Shown: piece by piece, positions 9,501 to 17,399 of the stretch
Layout of the letters: every line of letters starts with the position of its first letter
How positions within the stretch are numbered: the stretch's first letter is position 1
Source of the DNA: Pseudomonadota bacterium
Lineage (GTDB): Bacteria; Pseudomonadota; Gammaproteobacteria; Steroidobacterales; Steroidobacteraceae
Direction: 5' to 3'
DNA length: 64,000 nt
NCBI GenBank assembly: GCA_021838635.1
Contig: JAKCDC010000007.1
Location: 35,968-99,967 of the forward strand
Position numbers and translations under genes: made by a program
Notes under the pieces: generated by a model
The model's database searches: none
What the model was told of the DNA's origin: nothing
Seen by the model: the letters and a program-made list of their open reading frames with translations, nothing else

Positions 9501-10321
9501 TCCGCGGTGCGGTGCGCACCTCGTCCGATCAGGTGATCGTGGGCGCAGAGTCCTCCAGCGTTGCGCACCGTTACCACGTGGTGAGCGTGATCACGTTCGA
9601 CCTCGGCAACGATGTCGACATCCAGACCATGGGGCTGACCGGCCAACTGAGTGGACAGATCACTGTGCGCAGCGGGCTTGGCCAGGGCACGACTGCCACG
9701 GGCGAGCTGTTCGTGCGCAAAGGGCAATATTCTGCCTACGCGCGCCGCCTGGCGATTCAGACGGGCCGGCTGTTCTTCCGCGGCGGTCCACTCGACAACC
9801 CTGGCATCGAGATCCGCGCCGTGCGTCGCTACCCCGACGTGACCGCAGGCATCAACGTCAGCGGCACGCTGAAGCAGCCGCAAGTGTCCTTTTTCTCCAA
9901 TCCGCCGCTCTCGCAGTCGCAGATCATGTCGCTCATCCTTTCCGGCGGCGGCGGCTCGCTGCAGGCGCTGCAGACAACCACTGGGGTGCAAAGCCGCCAG
10001 AGCACCGCCGCCAACGAGCTGCTGGCGCAGGGCGGGGCGATCTTGGCGCAGCAACTCGGCTCGCGCATCGGTCTGCCGGACGTCAGCCTGCAGACTGACA
10101 TGAATAATCAGACTTCGATCGTGCTGGGCAAATACCTCTCGCCACGCCTGTACGTCAGCTACGGCGTGGGGTTGACCGAGCAGCTGAGCGCCGTGCGCCT
10201 GCGCTACAGCATCGGCAGGCACTGGACGATCCGGCTCGAGGCCGGGCAGGGCAAGCTCGTCGGGCAGACCAAGAGCGGCGAACTTGGCGGCGCGGACCTG
10301 GTGTTTACCGTGACCAAATGA
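6557..10321 (+). CDS. tamB: Translocation and assembly module inner-membrane subunit TamB (DUF490)
   Basis: 1254 aa with an N-terminal TM anchor and a long beta-rich repeat body. The C-terminal DUF490-like end reads GKYLSPRLYVSYGVGL...RLRYSI. Confidence 0.85.
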   Translation: MRRVLTWVGALIGLAALLLAATAYAVFYTQGGLRFVVAHLPSRFGTAEVRIEQVSGTLATGVHAERVLINQRHVYLRFDDVYTRVHLSALSWRTLVSPQTRIGAAYIRVKAVRPLPVVHPKFLPWGLKIRVTHAQVGAVQLILENGRHLEGTGLRGAVQIGYRDLHVTGFALRMGQARYRLAAALRAARPLQLTVGGTFTWRPPRQPPWQGRLALHGNIAVMTIQAHLSAPFSAALHGTLREQHGRWSTQSELGIRGLDLRAWHRTGRFGRIRAQLALTGGVHGFRLGGTVNPRGLRAGTFHVQLDGRYRAGVLSARRFVLAHPASGTVLSGAGHVHFGDGRPDLQLQGTWQRLRWPLNTAARVHSPRGTFTLTGRLPYALAARGLAQVGTAAPVPVTLGASLTTSGLAIEHATLHMLGGRIEARGMFGWVPLKRWSLHLIGIGIDPAQLRSALRGRLSFALSATGEGFGAAAPLHVRLERLSGQVRGQPASGSGAVSRDHGVWTFQRLRLDLGRTHLAAAGRLARHMHLRFALRGDLRLISRGDRGTLTARGSIDGSRRAPRVNAWLEGSDLHIGANSLAALRARIDFDPRPQHRSQIRVQLRELRSRYHLLRSLQFDLHGPAAALRATLEVNAPGLHAAALASGSFAQGVFAGEVTSFNVNGPQSLHLQLRAPAQLTLSRVRRALGALCLDGTPGALCTGATWTPGGWSAYVSASKLPLATLTAGMTPAVEYQGTLGASLELTGSAGSPVQGTLRMTLSNGVLSRRLVSGTVEHTSIGSGLLTAIAGPRTIHARASLTAGAIGTFQAVLNIRRGAADWRALPLTGSLQARTARLNLVSLYLPGVDAVSGVLLAHATVGGTIADPRLHGAVKIVDASADLYRTNLQMHRLSLTAQLVQSGLTFVGSAQVGKGTLQATGTMGWRGAAARGEVHLRGTDLRVVDLPEARIDASPQLDFRLIGHRIDATGKVLITHARIAPRNFRGAVRTSSDQVIVGAESSSVAHRYHVVSVITFDLGNDVDIQTMGLTGQLSGQITVRSGLGQGTTATGELFVRKGQYSAYARRLAIQTGRLFFRGGPLDNPGIEIRAVRRYPDVTAGINVSGTLKQPQVSFFSNPPLSQSQIMSLILSGGGGSLQALQTTTGVQSRQSTAANELLAQGGAILAQQLGSRIGLPDVSLQTDMNNQTSIVLGKYLSPRLYVSYGVGLTEQLSAVRLRYSIGRHWTIRLEAGQGKLVGQTKSGELGGADLVFTVTK

Positions 10322-10324
10322 GGC

Positions 10325-10352
10325 TTGACGCGCGTGAATTATTATTCATAAT
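10325..10352 (+). promoter_or_regulatory. Sigma-70-like promoter of the arginine operon (TTGACG-N16-CATAAT)
   Basis: ttgacg at 10325-10330 and cataat at 10347-10352, in the only AT-rich patch upstream of argR. Confidence 0.5.
10333..10350 (+). promoter_or_regulatory. ARG box (ArgR operator) overlapping the -10 region
   Basis: cgTGAATtattATTCAta matches the ARG-box consensus TGAAT-wwww-ATTCA perfectly in both half sites (core 10335-10348). Confidence 0.7.
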
Positions 10353-10396
10353 ACGCGCAATTTTATGCACACCGGCCGCCCCCATCCGTAACCGCC

Positions 10397-10843
10397 ATGG
10401 ACGCTCAGCAGCTCGAACGCCGCCAGGCGGTGGTGCGCATTTTGCGCAGCGGGGTGGTGCACCGGCAGGAGGACTTGGTGCGACTGCTGCGCGAAGACGG
10501 CTACGAGGTAACGCAGTCCTCCATCAGCCGCGACCTGCGCGACCTCGGCGTGCTCAAGGCGAGCGGCCGCTACGTGCTGCCGCCGGACGAGGTCTCGCGC
10601 ACCCACGGTGATTTCGCGATGCTCGCGCAGTTCGTGCGCGGGCTGAAGCGGGCCGGCGCCTCGCTCACGGTGCTGCGCACGACCATCGGCGCCGCCCCGA
10701 GCGTCGCCGTCGCGATCGATCGGGCCGAGTGGCCCGAGGTGGCCGGCACCCTCTCCGGAGACGACACGATTTTCATCGCCACCGCCGATGGCCGTGCGCA
10801 GGATCAGCTGATCGCGCGGCTGCAGGCGCTATTTCGGATCTGA
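10397..10843 (+). CDS. argR: Arginine repressor ArgR
   Basis: The winged-helix N-domain reads RQAVVRILRSGVVHRQEDLVRLLREDGYEVTQSSISRDLRDLG. The C-terminal oligomerisation domain has GDDTIF. Confidence 0.9.
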   Translation: MDAQQLERRQAVVRILRSGVVHRQEDLVRLLREDGYEVTQSSISRDLRDLGVLKASGRYVLPPDEVSRTHGDFAMLAQFVRGLKRAGASLTVLRTTIGAAPSVAVAIDRAEWPEVAGTLSGDDTIFIATADGRAQDQLIARLQALFRI

Positions 10844-10847
10844 ACGT

Positions 10848-12092
10848 ATGCCTACAGCCTCGACTCCGGGCGCCGAGCCCATCGTTCTCGCCTATTCCGG
10901 CGGCCTCGACACCTCCTTCCTGGTGCCCTGGCTGAAGGAGACTTACCGCCGGCCCATCATCACCGTCACCGTCGACACCGGCGGTATCGACGCTGAGGCG
11001 GCGCGCATGCTCGCCGAGCGCGCCCGGGCGCTTGGCGCCATCGAGCATCATCAGGTCGATGCGCGCGAGGCGTACTTCGAGCAGGTGCTGCGTTACCTCA
11101 TCATGGGCAACGTCAAGCGCGGGCAGCTCTATCCGCTGTGCGTCGGCGCCGAGCGGGTCATGCAGGCGCAGACCATCGCGCACATCGCGCGCAAGCTCGG
11201 CACGCGCATGATCGCGCATGGCTGCACCGCCGCCGGCAACGACCAAGTGCGATTCGAAGTCGCCATGCGCACGCTGGCTCCCGACCTGGATGTGCTCGCC
11301 CCGGTGCGCGACCACGCGTTCAAGCGCGCCGAGGAACTCGCGTTTCTCCAGGAGCGCGCCCTGCCGGTGCCTCCCTTCGGAGCGGCCTATTCGATCAACC
11401 GCGGTCTGTGGGGCGTGACCATCGGCGGTCAGGAAACCCTCACCTCGAGCGGCAGTATCCCGGAGGACGCGTGGGTGCTGACCCGTGAGGCGTTCAGCCG
11501 CGCGCGCGCCCCCGAGACCCACACGATCGCCTTCGAGCGCGGCCGCCCGTGCGGCCTCGACGGCCGGACGCTTTCCCCCGTAGCGCTCATCGAGGCGCTC
11601 GAGGCGCTCGCCGCGCCGTTCGGCATCGGCCGCGGAATCCATCTCGGCGACACCATCATCGGCACCAAAGGCCGGGTCGCCTTCGAGGCGCCCGCCGCCG
11701 AAGTTCTGCTGACCGCGCACCGCGAACTGGAGAAGCTGGTGCTCACTGCCCGCCAGCAGCGCATCAAGGAGCTGGTGGCGCAGCCGTACGGTGACTGGGT
11801 TCACGAGGGCCAGCTGCTCGATCCGGTGTGCCGCGACATCGAGGCGCTGCTCGAGTCCTCCCAGGAGCGCGTCAGCGGCGCGGTGCATATTGCGCTGCGC
11901 CCCGGCAATCTGTTCATCGAGGGTGTCGAGTCTGCGTACTCGCTGATGAGCGCCTCGAAGGGCGTCTACGGCGAGGCGGCCGGTGAATGGACACCGCAGG
12001 ATGCGCTCGGGTTCTCCAAGATCGTGGCGCTCACCGGAGTGTTTCACCGCCGCGCCGGGGAGCGCGCCGCGGGCGGTGCGGGAGGTCAATGA
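10848..12092 (+). CDS. argG: Argininosuccinate synthase
   Basis: AYSGGLDTS ATP-binding motif, and 414 aa typical for the family. Confidence 0.95.
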   Translation: MPTASTPGAEPIVLAYSGGLDTSFLVPWLKETYRRPIITVTVDTGGIDAEAARMLAERARALGAIEHHQVDAREAYFEQVLRYLIMGNVKRGQLYPLCVGAERVMQAQTIAHIARKLGTRMIAHGCTAAGNDQVRFEVAMRTLAPDLDVLAPVRDHAFKRAEELAFLQERALPVPPFGAAYSINRGLWGVTIGGQETLTSSGSIPEDAWVLTREAFSRARAPETHTIAFERGRPCGLDGRTLSPVALIEALEALAAPFGIGRGIHLGDTIIGTKGRVAFEAPAAEVLLTAHRELEKLVLTARQQRIKELVAQPYGDWVHEGQLLDPVCRDIEALLESSQERVSGAVHIALRPGNLFIEGVESAYSLMSASKGVYGEAAGEWTPQDALGFSKIVALTGVFHRRAGERAAGGAGGQ

Positions 12093-12093
12093 C

Positions 12094-13170
12094 ATGAGCA
12101 ACGGCATGCGCAGCGTCGTCGTCGACAAGATCGCCTCGGTGGCCCAGGCCTGCGGCCTCTCGCGCGAGGTTCGCATCGCCTCGGACATCCCCGCCGAGGA
12201 GGGTGTGGTGATCGTCGTCGAGGTACTCACCAACAAGTCGACCTACAACACCCTGGAGCTGACCAGCGGCCGCATGGCCAAGGTGCGCAAGGGCGACATC
12301 GTGGTCGGCGCCCTCGGACACCGCAAGGCGCTGTTCGGCTACTCCGGACACATTCCGCCGACGGTCAAGCCGGGCGACGTGATCCAGATGCTCAACATCG
12401 GTGGGGTGCTCGGCGCGTGCGATTCGATCAATCCCGACAAGGGGCAGCCGTTCGACTGTCGCGTGCTCGGGGTGGTGCTGCGCTTTCCCTACCTTGGTGA
12501 GCGCATCGGCGTGCCGGCGCGCGTCGGTATCCGCCCGCTCGATCAGGCTGCCGCGCTCGAGACGCGCGCCGTCCCGGTGGTCGCGCTCGCCGGTACCTGC
12601 ATGGAGGCGGGTAAGACCGCCGCGGCCTGCGCCATGATCAGCCGCATGCGCCACCGCGGTTTGACCGTCGATGCGTTCAAGGCCACCGGCGTCTCGCTGC
12701 GCCGCGACATCATGGCCATGGAAGACGCCGGCGCGCGCCGCTCGGCGATCTTCACCGATTTCGGTGTCGTCACCACCACCCGGAAAAATGGACCGGCGTT
12801 GACCCGCACCATGCTGACGGAACTGTCCGCCGGCCGGCCTGAAGTCATTGTGTTCGAGCTCGGCGATGGCATTCTCGGCACCTACGGCGTGGACGCCATC
12901 CTGGAGTGCCCGGACATCCGCTCCGCGCTCACCGCGGTGGTGCTATCGGCCAACGATCCGGTGGCCGCCTGGGGCGGGGTGAAGCTGTTGCGCGAGCGCT
13001 TCGGGATCGAGCCTTGTGTGGTGACCGGGCCGGCCACCGACAACCAGGTGGGGATCGACCTGATCACCGAGCAGCTGAAGGTGCCGGCGTTCAATGCCAT
13101 CAGCGATGGCGCCTCGCTCGGCGATCATGTGATGAAGGCAGTGGGACTTCCGGCGGGATCGCCGCAGTGA
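12094..13170 (+). CDS. Uncharacterised protein X, 358 aa: N-terminal beta-rich domain plus C-terminal DTBS/CobQ/DUF1611-like P-loop domain
   Basis: Within ORF 11983-13170. ATG 12094 lies 1 nt after the argG stop, behind a gggagg RBS. Its stop overlaps the argC GTG (GTGA). P-loop-like motif ALAGTCMEAGKT (GT-x4-GKT), with a later FELGDGILG. Confidence 0.8.
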   Translation: MSNGMRSVVVDKIASVAQACGLSREVRIASDIPAEEGVVIVVEVLTNKSTYNTLELTSGRMAKVRKGDIVVGALGHRKALFGYSGHIPPTVKPGDVIQMLNIGGVLGACDSINPDKGQPFDCRVLGVVLRFPYLGERIGVPARVGIRPLDQAAALETRAVPVVALAGTCMEAGKTAAACAMISRMRHRGLTVDAFKATGVSLRRDIMAMEDAGARRSAIFTDFGVVTTTRKNGPALTRTMLTELSAGRPEVIVFELGDGILGTYGVDAILECPDIRSALTAVVLSANDPVAAWGGVKLLRERFGIEPCVVTGPATDNQVGIDLITEQLKVPAFNAISDGASLGDHVMKAVGLPAGSPQ

Positions 13171-14228
13171 GCGGAACAATTCCGGCGGTCGTGCTCGGCG
13201 GGACCGGCTACGTGGCTGGGGAACTGCTGCGTCTGCTCGCGGTGCATCCGCGCCTGCGCGTCGCGGCGGTCATGTCCGACAGTCAGCCCGGCGAGCCGCT
13301 CGCATCCGCCTTCCCCCATCTGGCGGCTGCCTATGACGGCATGTGCTTCGAGTCGCAAGAACACGTGCGCTCGTTGTTGACGCGCGAGCCGCTCTGCGCA
13401 CTGTTCTCGGCGGCGCCGCACGGCGTGTCGGCACCGCTGATTGATTCGCTGCTCGGCGCGGCCGCCGTCGCCGGTACCCGACCGCGCGTCGTCGATATTT
13501 CGGCGGATTTCCGCTTCCGCTCGGCCGAGGCTTACGCGCAGGTCTACAAACACCCGCATGGCGCCCCTGGGCGTCTCGGGCAATTCACTTGCGCGGTGCC
13601 GGAGCATCACGCCGAGCTCACCACCGAGCACGTCGCCCATCCGGGCTGCTTCGCCACCGCGGTGCTGTTGGCCAGCGTCCCGCTGCTCACCCTCGGGCTC
13701 GTCCCACCGCAGTTGTTCGTCGCCGGGATCACCGGTAGCACCGGGTCGGGTCGCAAGCCTACGCCGGGCACGCATCATCCGGTTCGTCACAGTGACCTGT
13801 ATGCCTACAGCGCGCTCGCCCACCGGCACGCGCCGGAGATCGCCGCGTGCGCCCGTGCCGCGAGCGGTGTCGCGGCCGAGTTCGCCTTCATTCCGCATTC
13901 GGGGCCGTTTGCCCGCGGCATCCACGTGACGGTGCAGGCGAACCTCGTACGCCCGCTCGACACCGCTGAAGTGTTGGGTGCGTTGCGCGAGTTCTATGCG
14001 CGCTCGCCCTTTGTCCGGGTGCTCGACGGTACTGCGCGCATCAAGGACGTCACGGCGAGCAATTATGCCCATCTGGGTGTTGCGAGCGACGGACGTACGC
14101 TCGCGGTCATGTGTGCCATCGATAACCTGACCAAGGGTGCCGCCGGCGGCGCCGTGCAGTGGATGAACCGGATGTTGGGTCTGCCGGAGACCGAGGGTCT
14201 CACGGCGCCCGCTCCGGGCTGGACCTGA
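13167..14228 (+). CDS. argC: N-acetyl-gamma-glutamyl-phosphate reductase
   Basis: GTG 13167 is in frame in ORF 12906-14228. VVLGGTGYVAGELLRLL Rossmann motif and active-site HPGCFATA. Confidence 0.9.
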   Translation: MSGTIPAVVLGGTGYVAGELLRLLAVHPRLRVAAVMSDSQPGEPLASAFPHLAAAYDGMCFESQEHVRSLLTREPLCALFSAAPHGVSAPLIDSLLGAAAVAGTRPRVVDISADFRFRSAEAYAQVYKHPHGAPGRLGQFTCAVPEHHAELTTEHVAHPGCFATAVLLASVPLLTLGLVPPQLFVAGITGSTGSGRKPTPGTHHPVRHSDLYAYSALAHRHAPEIAACARAASGVAAEFAFIPHSGPFARGIHVTVQANLVRPLDTAEVLGALREFYARSPFVRVLDGTARIKDVTASNYAHLGVASDGRTLAVMCAIDNLTKGAAGGAVQWMNRMLGLPETEGLTAPAPGWT

Positions 14229-14241
14229 AGCGAGGAATTTC

Positions 14242-15414
14242 ATGACCGCATCGCCGCACGCGACCTCCGCCCCCGCACCGCACGAGTCGGCGCTTGCGCC
14301 CGTGTACGCGCAGTATCCGTTCGAGGTGGCTCGCGCCGAGGGTGTCTGGCTCATCGGTCCGCGCGGTGAGCGGGTTCTCGACCTCTACGGCGGGCACGCC
14401 GTGGCGGCGCTCGGCTACGGCCATGCCCGCTGGAGTGAGGCGCTCGCCGAGCAGGCGCGCTCCTGCCAGTTCCAGACCAATGCGCTGCCGATGAGCGTGC
14501 GCGAGCACGCCGCGCAACGCCTGCTCGCGTTCGCCGAGCTGCCGTTCGCGAGCGTCTTCATGGTCAACAGCGGCGCGGAGGCCAATGAGAATGCGCTGCG
14601 CCTCGCGTTGCGCATGAGCGGGCGGGCGCACGTGGTGGCAGTCGAGGGCGCGTTTCACGGCCGCACGGCGGCGGCATCGGCGGTGACATGGGGATCGCAG
14701 AGCTGGTACGGCTTTGCGCGCACGCCCTTCGACGTGAGCTTTCTGCCGCGCGGGGATCTGCAGGCGATCGAGGCGCAGGTGAGCGAGCGCACCGCGGCGG
14801 TGATCGTCGAGCCGGTGCAGGGGCTCGCCGGAGCGGTCGATCTCGGCGCACCGTACCTGGCGGCGCTGCGCGCACGCTGCGATGCGGTGGGCGCGCAGTT
14901 GATTTTCGACGAGGTGCAGTGCGGATTCGGTCGAGTCGGCGTGCCCTACGCGGCCAGCCTCTACGGCGTGATGCCCGACATGCTTACCACCGCCAAGGCG
15001 CTCGGCAACGGGTTCCCGGTCGCGGCTCTGCTGACTTCGGCGCAGGTCTCGGCCACGCTAAAAATCGGTCTGCTCGGCACCACCTACGGAGGAGGGCCGA
15101 TGGCCTGCGCCGCGGTGCTCGCGACGATCGAGGCCATCGAGTCCGAGCGGCTGCTGGAGAACGTACGGCGCGTGTCGGCTTACATCCGGCGCACCTGTCT
15201 CACCGGCCCGGTGAGCGCGGTGCAGGGCGAGGGCTTCCTGCTCGGACTGCGCACCCGCCGGCCCGCCAAGCAGATTCATGCCGAGCTGTTGCGTCGCGGC
15301 ATTCTCACCGGCACCGCGAGCGATCCGGACGTGGTGCGGCTGCTGCCGCCATTCATCTTGCAGGAGGCGCACGTCGATCTGCTCGGCCGGGCCCTTGCGG
15401 AACTCAGCGTATGA
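14242..15414 (+). CDS. argD: Acyl(acetyl/succinyl)ornithine aminotransferase, class-III PLP enzyme
   Basis: NSGAEANE, DEVQCGFGRVG, and the PLP lysine in TTAKALGNGFP. Confidence 0.85.
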   Translation: MTASPHATSAPAPHESALAPVYAQYPFEVARAEGVWLIGPRGERVLDLYGGHAVAALGYGHARWSEALAEQARSCQFQTNALPMSVREHAAQRLLAFAELPFASVFMVNSGAEANENALRLALRMSGRAHVVAVEGAFHGRTAAASAVTWGSQSWYGFARTPFDVSFLPRGDLQAIEAQVSERTAAVIVEPVQGLAGAVDLGAPYLAALRARCDAVGAQLIFDEVQCGFGRVGVPYAASLYGVMPDMLTTAKALGNGFPVAALLTSAQVSATLKIGLLGTTYGGGPMACAAVLATIEAIESERLLENVRRVSAYIRRTCLTGPVSAVQGEGFLLGLRTRRPAKQIHAELLRRGILTGTASDPDVVRLLPPFILQEAHVDLLGRALAELSV

Positions 15415-16412
15415 GACGCCTGCTCGATTTGGCGGATCTGGGCCGCGAGGAGGTACTCGCGCTGCTCGCGTTGGCCGCGCGGCTGCAGCACAAGGCCGAA
15501 CCGCAGGCGCTCGCCGGGAAGATTCTCGGACTGCTGTTTCTGAACCCCTCGCTGCGCACGCTCGCCTCGTTTCAGGCGGGTATGGCGCGCCTTGGCGGCA
15601 GTTCCTTCGTCATCACGCCGGGGCAGGGCACCTGGCAGCTCGAGACGCGCGCCGGGGCGGTGATGGATGGCGCGGCGGCGGAGCATGCGCGCGAAGGCAT
15701 CCCGGTGCTGGCCTCCTATTGCGATGCACTCGGCATCCGGGCATTCGCCTCCGGGCAGGATCTGGCGGCCGATCTGGCCGAGACGACGTTCAACACGCTC
15801 GCGGCCCTTACCGACAAGCCGCTGATCAACCTGGAGTCAGCGGTCAATCACCCCTGCCAGGCGCTGGCCGACTGGAAGACGCTCGATGATCTGGCCGTGG
15901 CGCCCACGGGGCGGTTCGTCCTCTCCTGGGCCTATCATCCGCGGCCGCTGCCGCTGGCGGTGCCCGCCGCGGTGTTGCACATGGCGGCGCTGCGCGGCAT
16001 GGACGTCGTGGTGCTGCGACCCGACGGCTTCGGGCTGCCCGAGCCCATCATGGCCAAGGCGCGCCGCGCCGCGGCGCTCGCCGGCGGATCGGTGCGCGAG
16101 AGCAACGATCGGCGCGAGGCGCTCGCGGGAGCTCAAGTGCTCTACGTGAAGGAATGGGCCGCCACCGCGTGTTACGGCGATGCCGCCGAGGATGCGCGCC
16201 GGCGCGCTGCGCTCACCGACTGGTGTGTGCGCGAGGATTGGTTCGAGACCGCGGCGCCCGAGTGCCGCCTGATGCACTGCCTGCCCGTGCGCCGCAACGT
16301 CGCGATTGCCGACGCAGTGCTCGATGGTCCGCGCAGCATCGTGCAGCACGAGGCGTACAATCGCCTCACGGTCCAGATGGCGGTGTTGTACCGCCTGCTC
16401 AAGGGGCTGTAA
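15411..16412 (+). CDS. argF': N-acyl-L-ornithine carbamoyltransferase (AOTCase/SOTCase family, argF')
   Basis: ATG 15411 overlaps the argD stop (ATGA). The motifs are FLNPSLRT, WQLETRAGAVMDGAAAEH, HPCQ and HCLPVRRNV. The sequence matches the acyl-ornithine branch rather than the classical OTCase branch. Confidence 0.85.
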   Translation: MRRLLDLADLGREEVLALLALAARLQHKAEPQALAGKILGLLFLNPSLRTLASFQAGMARLGGSSFVITPGQGTWQLETRAGAVMDGAAAEHAREGIPVLASYCDALGIRAFASGQDLAADLAETTFNTLAALTDKPLINLESAVNHPCQALADWKTLDDLAVAPTGRFVLSWAYHPRPLPLAVPAAVLHMAALRGMDVVVLRPDGFGLPEPIMAKARRAAALAGGSVRESNDRREALAGAQVLYVKEWAATACYGDAAEDARRRAALTDWCVREDWFETAAPECRLMHCLPVRRNVAIADAVLDGPRSIVQHEAYNRLTVQMAVLYRLLKGL

Positions 16413-16458
16413 CCCAGCCATGTGTTCGTTCGCTTAAGATCAGGGGCTCCTCACCGCA

Positions 16459-17397
16459 ATGATCATGCAACCCGCCGACCAGGCATTGGCCATCCGTGCA
16501 CTGAAAAGCGCCGCACCCTACATCCGCATGTACCGCGGCAAGACCTTCGTGGTGAAGGCCGGCGGTGGCGTATTCGGCGATGACGCATCGACTCGTGTGC
16601 TCATCGAACAGATCGCGATCCTGCATTACTTCGGCGTGCGCGTCGTGTTCGTGCACGGTGGCGGGCCGCAGGTCACCGAGCTGGCGCGCGCCCTCGGCGT
16701 GAACTCGCGCATGGTCGAGGGCCGCCGGGTCACCGACCGGGAAGCGATCGACGTCACCGCCATGGTGCTCAACGGCACGATCAACACCGGTATCCTCGCC
16801 ATCTGCCGGGAACTGAACATTGAGGCGGTCGGCGTGAGCGGCGTCGATGCCGGCCTGATTCGTGCGCACCGCCGAGCGCCGGTGCGTCTGGCGGCGAGCG
16901 GTGAGGTGCTCGACTACGGCTTCGTCGGTGATATCGACGCGGTCGATCCAACCGTGCTCAGCAAATTGCTCGACAACGGCCTGATGCCGGTGGTGAGTCC
17001 GCTCTCGGCCGACGACGAGGGCGTGCTGCTCAACGTCAACGCCGATACGGTGGCCGCGGCGATCGCCGCGGCGCTCGATGCCGAGAAACTGATTCTGTGC
17101 ACCGGCGCGCCGGGCATCCTCGCGAATCTCGAGGACCCCGGCTCGCTCATCTCCTACACGGACCTCGAGGGTCTCGCCCGGTTGCGCGCGCAGGGTGCGA
17201 TCGCCGAGGGAATGCTGCCGAAAGCCACGGCGATCGAGGCGGCGATCCGCGGCGGCGTGCGCCGCGTGCACGTGGTGTCCTACCAGGCGCCCGAAGGTAT
17301 CCTCGGTGAGGTCTTCACCAACGAGGGGACCGGGACGCTGATCGTCGAGGACATCGATGCGCTGACCCCGGCTGAACAAAGCAGCGCAGGGGCGTAG
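16459..17397 (+). CDS. argB: Acetylglutamate kinase
   Basis: FVVKAGGG, VHGGGPQ, and the N-terminal helix extension typical of arginine-sensitive NAGK. Confidence 0.9.
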   Translation: MIMQPADQALAIRALKSAAPYIRMYRGKTFVVKAGGGVFGDDASTRVLIEQIAILHYFGVRVVFVHGGGPQVTELARALGVNSRMVEGRRVTDREAIDVTAMVLNGTINTGILAICRELNIEAVGVSGVDAGLIRAHRRAPVRLAASGEVLDYGFVGDIDAVDPTVLSKLLDNGLMPVVSPLSADDEGVLLNVNADTVAAAIAAALDAEKLILCTGAPGILANLEDPGSLISYTDLEGLARLRAQGAIAEGMLPKATAIEAAIRGGVRRVHVVSYQAPEGILGEVFTNEGTGTLIVEDIDALTPAEQSSAGA

Positions 17398-17399
17398 GC

